Shown: one piece after another, positions 59,500 through 64,000 of the stretch
How the letters are laid out: the number at the start of each line of letters is the position of its first letter
Numbering within the stretch: position 1 is the stretch's first letter
NCBI RefSeq assembly: GCF_964194155.1
Contig: NC_135897.1
Location: 84,320,001 to 84,384,000, forward strand
From: Cetorhinus maximus
Taxonomy: Eukaryota
Length of the DNA: 64,000 nucleotides
Direction of reading: 5' to 3'
Notes under the pieces: model-generated
The model's input: the letters and a program-made list of their open reading frames with translations, nothing else
Databases searched by the model: none
Told to the model about the DNA's origin: nothing
Position numbers and translations under genes: made by a program

Positions 59500-60621
59500 T
59501 TACATCTCTTCAGGAGTTTTTTGTTTCCTTCTTAGTAATTGGAATAACCGAGACCAAGAGTAGGTTGAAGGTGATTTTGTTGAAGTGGCTGCTGTTGGTT
59601 CTTCGAGTACAGTTCGTGAAGGGTTAGTTTGTGAAGACTGATCATTGTGTGAGTCGTTGTCCTTTGAGTTTCTCTCCAGGCCTAACTTTGACCTAAATGC
59701 CTTGCAAAACAGAAAGTAGATCACTGGATCAAGGCAGGCGTTAAGCGATGACAGCACAACGGCAGATTCTTTAAAGTGGTAAAGAATCTTTTCCCAAAAA
59801 CACCCAGTGATGACATTTACCTGACTTAAAATGTAAGGAAGCCTTGCGATGTGGTAGGGAACAAAACAAACTAGGAAGACAACAAGGAGGATCAGGATGT
59901 TGTTCTTTGCCTTGGCTTGCTTTTTGAGTGAGCTTGGAGTTGGGGATTTGTCAAGACGTTTTGCAGTTTGAAAGTAAAAGAAGCAAAGCCCTATTAGCAC
60001 GCAGAGAAACAGAAATGTGCCTCCAACATGGAGGAATATATGCCAGGTAATTCCCTTACTACTTCTAAATCCTAAGCATGTTTCTTTTGTACTATTCTGG
60101 GCTGGCTTTTTCCCTGACAGGGATATGTATGAAACGCCAAGGCTGAGAAATACACACCAGGTTCCAATGGAGACAATTTTTGCAGACTTGAGACTTTGAA
60201 ATGCATGTATTTTAAATGGTTTGACAATTTTCAGGTATCTAGTGGCTGCAATGAATCCCAGGAAGAGAATGCTTGAGTACATGTTCAAATAGAAGATGCA
60301 TGTCGTAAAATTGCAGTAGATTTCTCTCAATATGGTGGAACCCACTTTCTTCTCCGCACCAATTCTTATAGGCAGCGAGAGGACCAGCAAGAAATCGGCT
60401 ACGACCAGGTTCTTTAAATAGATGATGATGCTGTTGCGGTTGGGAACGTGACAGAAGTAGACCCAGAAAGCCAGGCTGTTGAGAATGATTCCAACTACAA
60501 AAACTAACGAATAGGCAGTAATCGTAAATATTGCCAAGCCATCAGAAGAAAACTGGCAAGTGATGTTGCCAGAGGAATTTGTGCTTGATCCGATCTCGAT
60601 GCTTGCTGTAGGGTCAGCCAT
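59500..60621 (-). CDS. P2Y purinoceptor 14-like GPCR, copy C (373 aa)
   Basis: Intact 7TM ORF highly similar to copy A, with ATRY, HIARLPY, KES and LDPVIY; longer Ser/Thr- and basic-rich C-tail. Confidence 0.9.
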   Translation of the reverse strand: MADPTASIEIGSSTNSSGNITCQFSSDGLAIFTITAYSLVFVVGIILNSLAFWVYFCHVPNRNSIIIYLKNLVVADFLLVLSLPIRIGAEKKVGSTILREIYCNFTTCIFYLNMYSSILFLGFIAATRYLKIVKPFKIHAFQSLKSAKIVSIGTWCVFLSLGVSYISLSGKKPAQNSTKETCLGFRSSKGITWHIFLHVGGTFLFLCVLIGLCFFYFQTAKRLDKSPTPSSLKKQAKAKNNILILLVVFLVCFVPYHIARLPYILSQVNVITGCFWEKILYHFKESAVVLSSLNACLDPVIYFLFCKAFRSKLGLERNSKDNDSHNDQSSQTNPSRTVLEEPTAATSTKSPSTYSWSRLFQLLRRKQKTPEEM

Positions 60622-60739
60622 CGGTACACCTGAATGTTAAAGTTAAATATGTTACTTTTCTAGAAAGATATCACGAAACAGATGCCTTGAAAAATGAGAA
60701 GTGTAGGATGTAGATGCAGTATTTTAATCGAATAATAAC

Positions 60740-61046
60740 ATTTTTTAGTTACCATCACTGGTTAGGCTAACGTTTATTGCCCATCCATAATTGTACTTGT
60801 TTAGAGGTCATTTCGGAGTCAACTGCATTACTGGAGTCAACATGTAGGCCAGATTAGGTAAGGACGGCAGATTTCCTTCTACTAAAGGACATTAAATGAA
60901 TCAGTTGTCACCATTAGGCTTTTAGTTCCAGATTTTTATTGAATTCAGATTTCACCATCTGCCAAGGTAGGATGTGAACCCAGGTCCCTAGAGCATTACC
61001 TCGGGCCCCTGGATTACTAGTCCAGTGATGATACCACCACCTCCCC
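60740..61046 (-). mobile_element. tRNA-derived SINE in the 5' intron of copy C
   Basis: Same family as 25040-25416; absent at the paralogous sites ~39345 and ~54347. Confidence 0.85.
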
Positions 61047-62109
61047 ATATTGTTGGATAGATGTTAATGTATTTTACATCCATATGGATTGTTAGAAATG
61101 CAACAGCAGGTCATGACAACAGTCCTGATGGTCTGTGTGAGGAAACAAACAATTTCCTTGGGGTAAAGGCATTTAATACTGCCCCCGCCTTTAATGGGAA
61201 ACTTTTGACATGACAAATTCTGCAATGTTGTGCACTGTATGTAACTACGGTTTCAAGACTCTGCTTCGTCTTCTTGAAAGAAGGATTGTATTTATGTAGC
61301 CCCTTTTATAAATTCAGGAAGCCCCAAAATAATTTACAGCTAATGGAGTACTTTTGAAGTGTAGTTACTGTCGTAATGTAGGAAATGCGCGGACAAGGCT
61401 CTACAAGTAGTAGCACATTCAACACATGAACGTCGAATGCCCTGGATCTAGTGTTTTGGATTCTGGTAAATGAACCATAATTATTGATTGCTATTAGTTA
61501 CTAACGAATTAGTAAATGTCTCAAAATACATGAGGGAAACTCCACTGACAAAGATTATGAACTCCTGACTTGGACACACTTCCTGCTATCTGTTGATCTT
61601 TTTTAGTTAAAAGAAGCTTCAAATATTGGAAATTTTAAATAAAAACTGTAAATGCCAATAATATGTGAAATTTATCCATCACCTGTCCCTCCCCTATTTA
61701 GATTCATTCACCCTCATAAAGCAGATTTTTTTCTCTTCTAGGTCTAATGACAGATTCACAGGTAAATGCTATCGCATTCTAAGGCATAAACCTGCTGCGT
61801 TTTTTCCAGCACGTTCTCTTTCCCTCCCGGTTTTCTGCTGTTGTATTTGTCTGTGATTGTAGTTATGTGACAGTTTCAGGGGCTTCACAAAAGAGCGCTT
61901 TCAGGATGTGTACAAAACAGGAAGGCAGACATTTCCAAACTGAGGATGGGAGTTACGCAACTGACTCTTTTAATTATGTGTGACTAATTCTCCAAATCTG
62001 GTCATTGGTTCTTGTACTGAACGCTAGATTATTAATCGAAATGTTAAGACTGAAAGATGTAAAAATCTAAGGTCTTGATTTTGGAGGCAGGTATTTTGCA
62101 AAATTAGTT

Positions 62110-62325
62110 GCAAGCCTTCGGAGCTCTTCCTCAAAAGGCTGTGGAAGCAGAGCCTTTGAATGCTTTTAAGGCGGAGCTAGATAGATTCTTGATTAACAAG
62201 GTGGTGAAAGGTTATTGGTGTGGACAGGAATGTGGGGTTGAAGTTACAAGCTATGATCTTATTGAATAGCGGAGCAGGCTAGAGGGGCCGATTGGCCTAC
62301 TCCTGCTCCTAATTGGTATGTTTGT
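62110..62325 (+). mobile_element. CR1 3' fragment specific to unit C
   Basis: CTCTTCCTCAAAAGGCTGTGGAAGCAGAG...GGCCTACTCCTGCTCCTA; absent from the paralogous site at ~40430. Confidence 0.8.
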
Positions 62326-63252
62326 AAAATTTGCTTTAAAAGCATGGCCGAATGTTTCTTTCTGAAAATTTCTGTTCAGAAACCTACTTTTGTTGAAACG
62401 AATGTCAGAATTTGCATTTGTCTGGTGCCTTCCCCTTTTATACGATTGCACCGTAAGTACAAAAGCACCCGAGGGTTATGTGCTGAAGTGCCTGGATTTG
62501 GACTTGAGCCCGTGTATGACCTTCTGTCTCTAACGCGATAGTGCACGCACTAAGTCAAGATGGACTCCTTGTTGTTATAGAACAAGCTAACCATAGACAT
62601 CACCACTTCAGAGGGAAGATTTATTTAATAGCAAATGCCTGATAAAATTCCACACTCGTTTAAGAGAGTTACTGTCCACTGACACTTCTTCACAATGTTT
62701 AAATGGTATCAAACCTAAATGCCTGGAAGACAACAAAACAGAGCGCAGTGATCACTGACGTGGTTAAAATGATTGTTTATGTGCACGTCCTTGAGTTCAT
62801 TGCTAATCTGGATTTAGTTCAACATATCTGATGTGATGTTCTCAAAGTATCATCAAATGCAAAGAAACACTTGGATATGAAAAATCTTTCTGAAGAAGCA
62901 GGTATCAAGTTCTGAAGGAATAACCAATCTCAACCTGACACAGAAGATCATTGTATATATAATCCCACAAACACAAAAGAAAAACCACCTACCTGACTAA
63001 AAGTGTTTGATGTGGTATTACTCTGAGCCTGTCAGATTAAGAGTTTCTTGCAGCGATGCTGGACTGGAGTTGTGTCTTTTTTTAATATCATGATATTATT
63101 GGCGAATTTGTGCTGTTCAGCTGTTCCTTTAATGAGAAGTGCCATGATTGGTCAACAGCAGTGGTTCAGTCATTGTTATTTTGAGTAATACTGATGTATA
63201 ACAGGAAATAGTGTGTTTAACTTAAAGATCTAATAATGCATTGTATAGATTC

Positions 63253-63285
<33 letters not shown>

Positions 63286-64000
63286 ATACCTCGGTTTTAA
63301 ACTTTTGATTAAAAAAAAACAATTGTCACTTTATTTTGATGTGTGGAGAGTTTGCCTTTTGCTAAATTTGAATTTATACCACAATCTGTGTCACCTTGGT
63401 TTGCCTAAATTTGGAGCTGTGGTCTTCATGTGGTATCAGCGATAAGGAGGCGTTGGAGACGATGCAAAAAGGTTTCAGAAGGATGTTCCCAGAATTGAGA
63501 GAATAGAATTATCAGGAAAGGCTGAAGAGGCAGGAGCACTTTTCTGTGGAAAAGAAAAGGTTGGGGAGTAACCTGATAGGGGCCTTTAAGATTACAAAAA
63601 GTTTGATAGGTTAAAAGTGGAAAAAATGCTGCTTTTTATGCACGAGTCTAAAGTGTTTTGAAAGTTGGGTTGAGGTTGAACAATGTGATTTAAAGCAAAC
63701 AAAACCTTACATTTGGCAGTAGGCCCATATATTATTGTCTACTGGAACTGAGTAGAACTAGACTGAGTTAGTGTGTCCTGTTCCTATTGACATTTGTGGC
63801 TTGGACTGGAACCACTGTGTCCCTGGTTCTCTGCCCCTCCCTGGAGTTGTTCTGTATTCTTTTCTCCTACAGAGAGAGAAAGCAGAGGATTGCATGTGTG
63901 AGAAACAGATTGTTTGGAGAAGAGGAAAGGACAACATCTGTGGAGGATGAGTGAGATAGCACAAAGATAAGAGTGCGTGTGTGTTGGCTGGTCAAATGGG

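Larger units (their letters stand above)
28290..64000. repeat. Tandem segmental duplication, three units (A ~28290-44420, B ~44420-56050, C ~56050 to window end)
   Basis: Colinear non-coding homology: 36435-37060 / 44750-45380 / 56410-57040; 40750-41340 / 54380-54965 / 62650-63215; 43400-44020 / 55110-55690 / 63400-64000. Confidence 0.88.

Overview
Vertebrate genomic DNA, most likely from a cartilaginous fish (inferred from the repeat families and receptor sequences). The minus strand carries a P2Y12-subfamily GPCR cluster: an intact GPR171-like gene (2768-3766) and a tandem array of three P2Y14-like paralogues. Copies A (38159-39214) and C (59500-60621) are intact; copy B (~53180-54216) is a frameshifted pseudogene. 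Most of the rest is nested transposable elements: a 5'-truncated Neptune-type Penelope-like element (PLE; RT + GIY-YIG) with many short fold-back derivatives, a decayed Gypsy (Mag-like) provirus, solo LTRs, CR1, L2 and RTE LINEs, tRNA- and Deu-type SINEs, and Harbinger and Tc1/mariner remnants. Main points: (1) two families of minimal type-I hammerhead ribozyme motifs with palindromic stem III, one with a recurrent non-canonical core; (2) a CR1-group LINE whose 5' end is a tRNA-like Pol III head, with local SINEs that look like its internal-deletion derivatives; (3) empty-site, provirus and solo-LTR states plus a probable gene-conversion tract that record the history of the receptor array; (4) paralogue divergence concentrated at the predicted sugar-binding region, and ATRY replacing DRY. 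All calls were made by eye without database searches; repeat boundaries are approximate unless a target-site duplication (TSD) is quoted.
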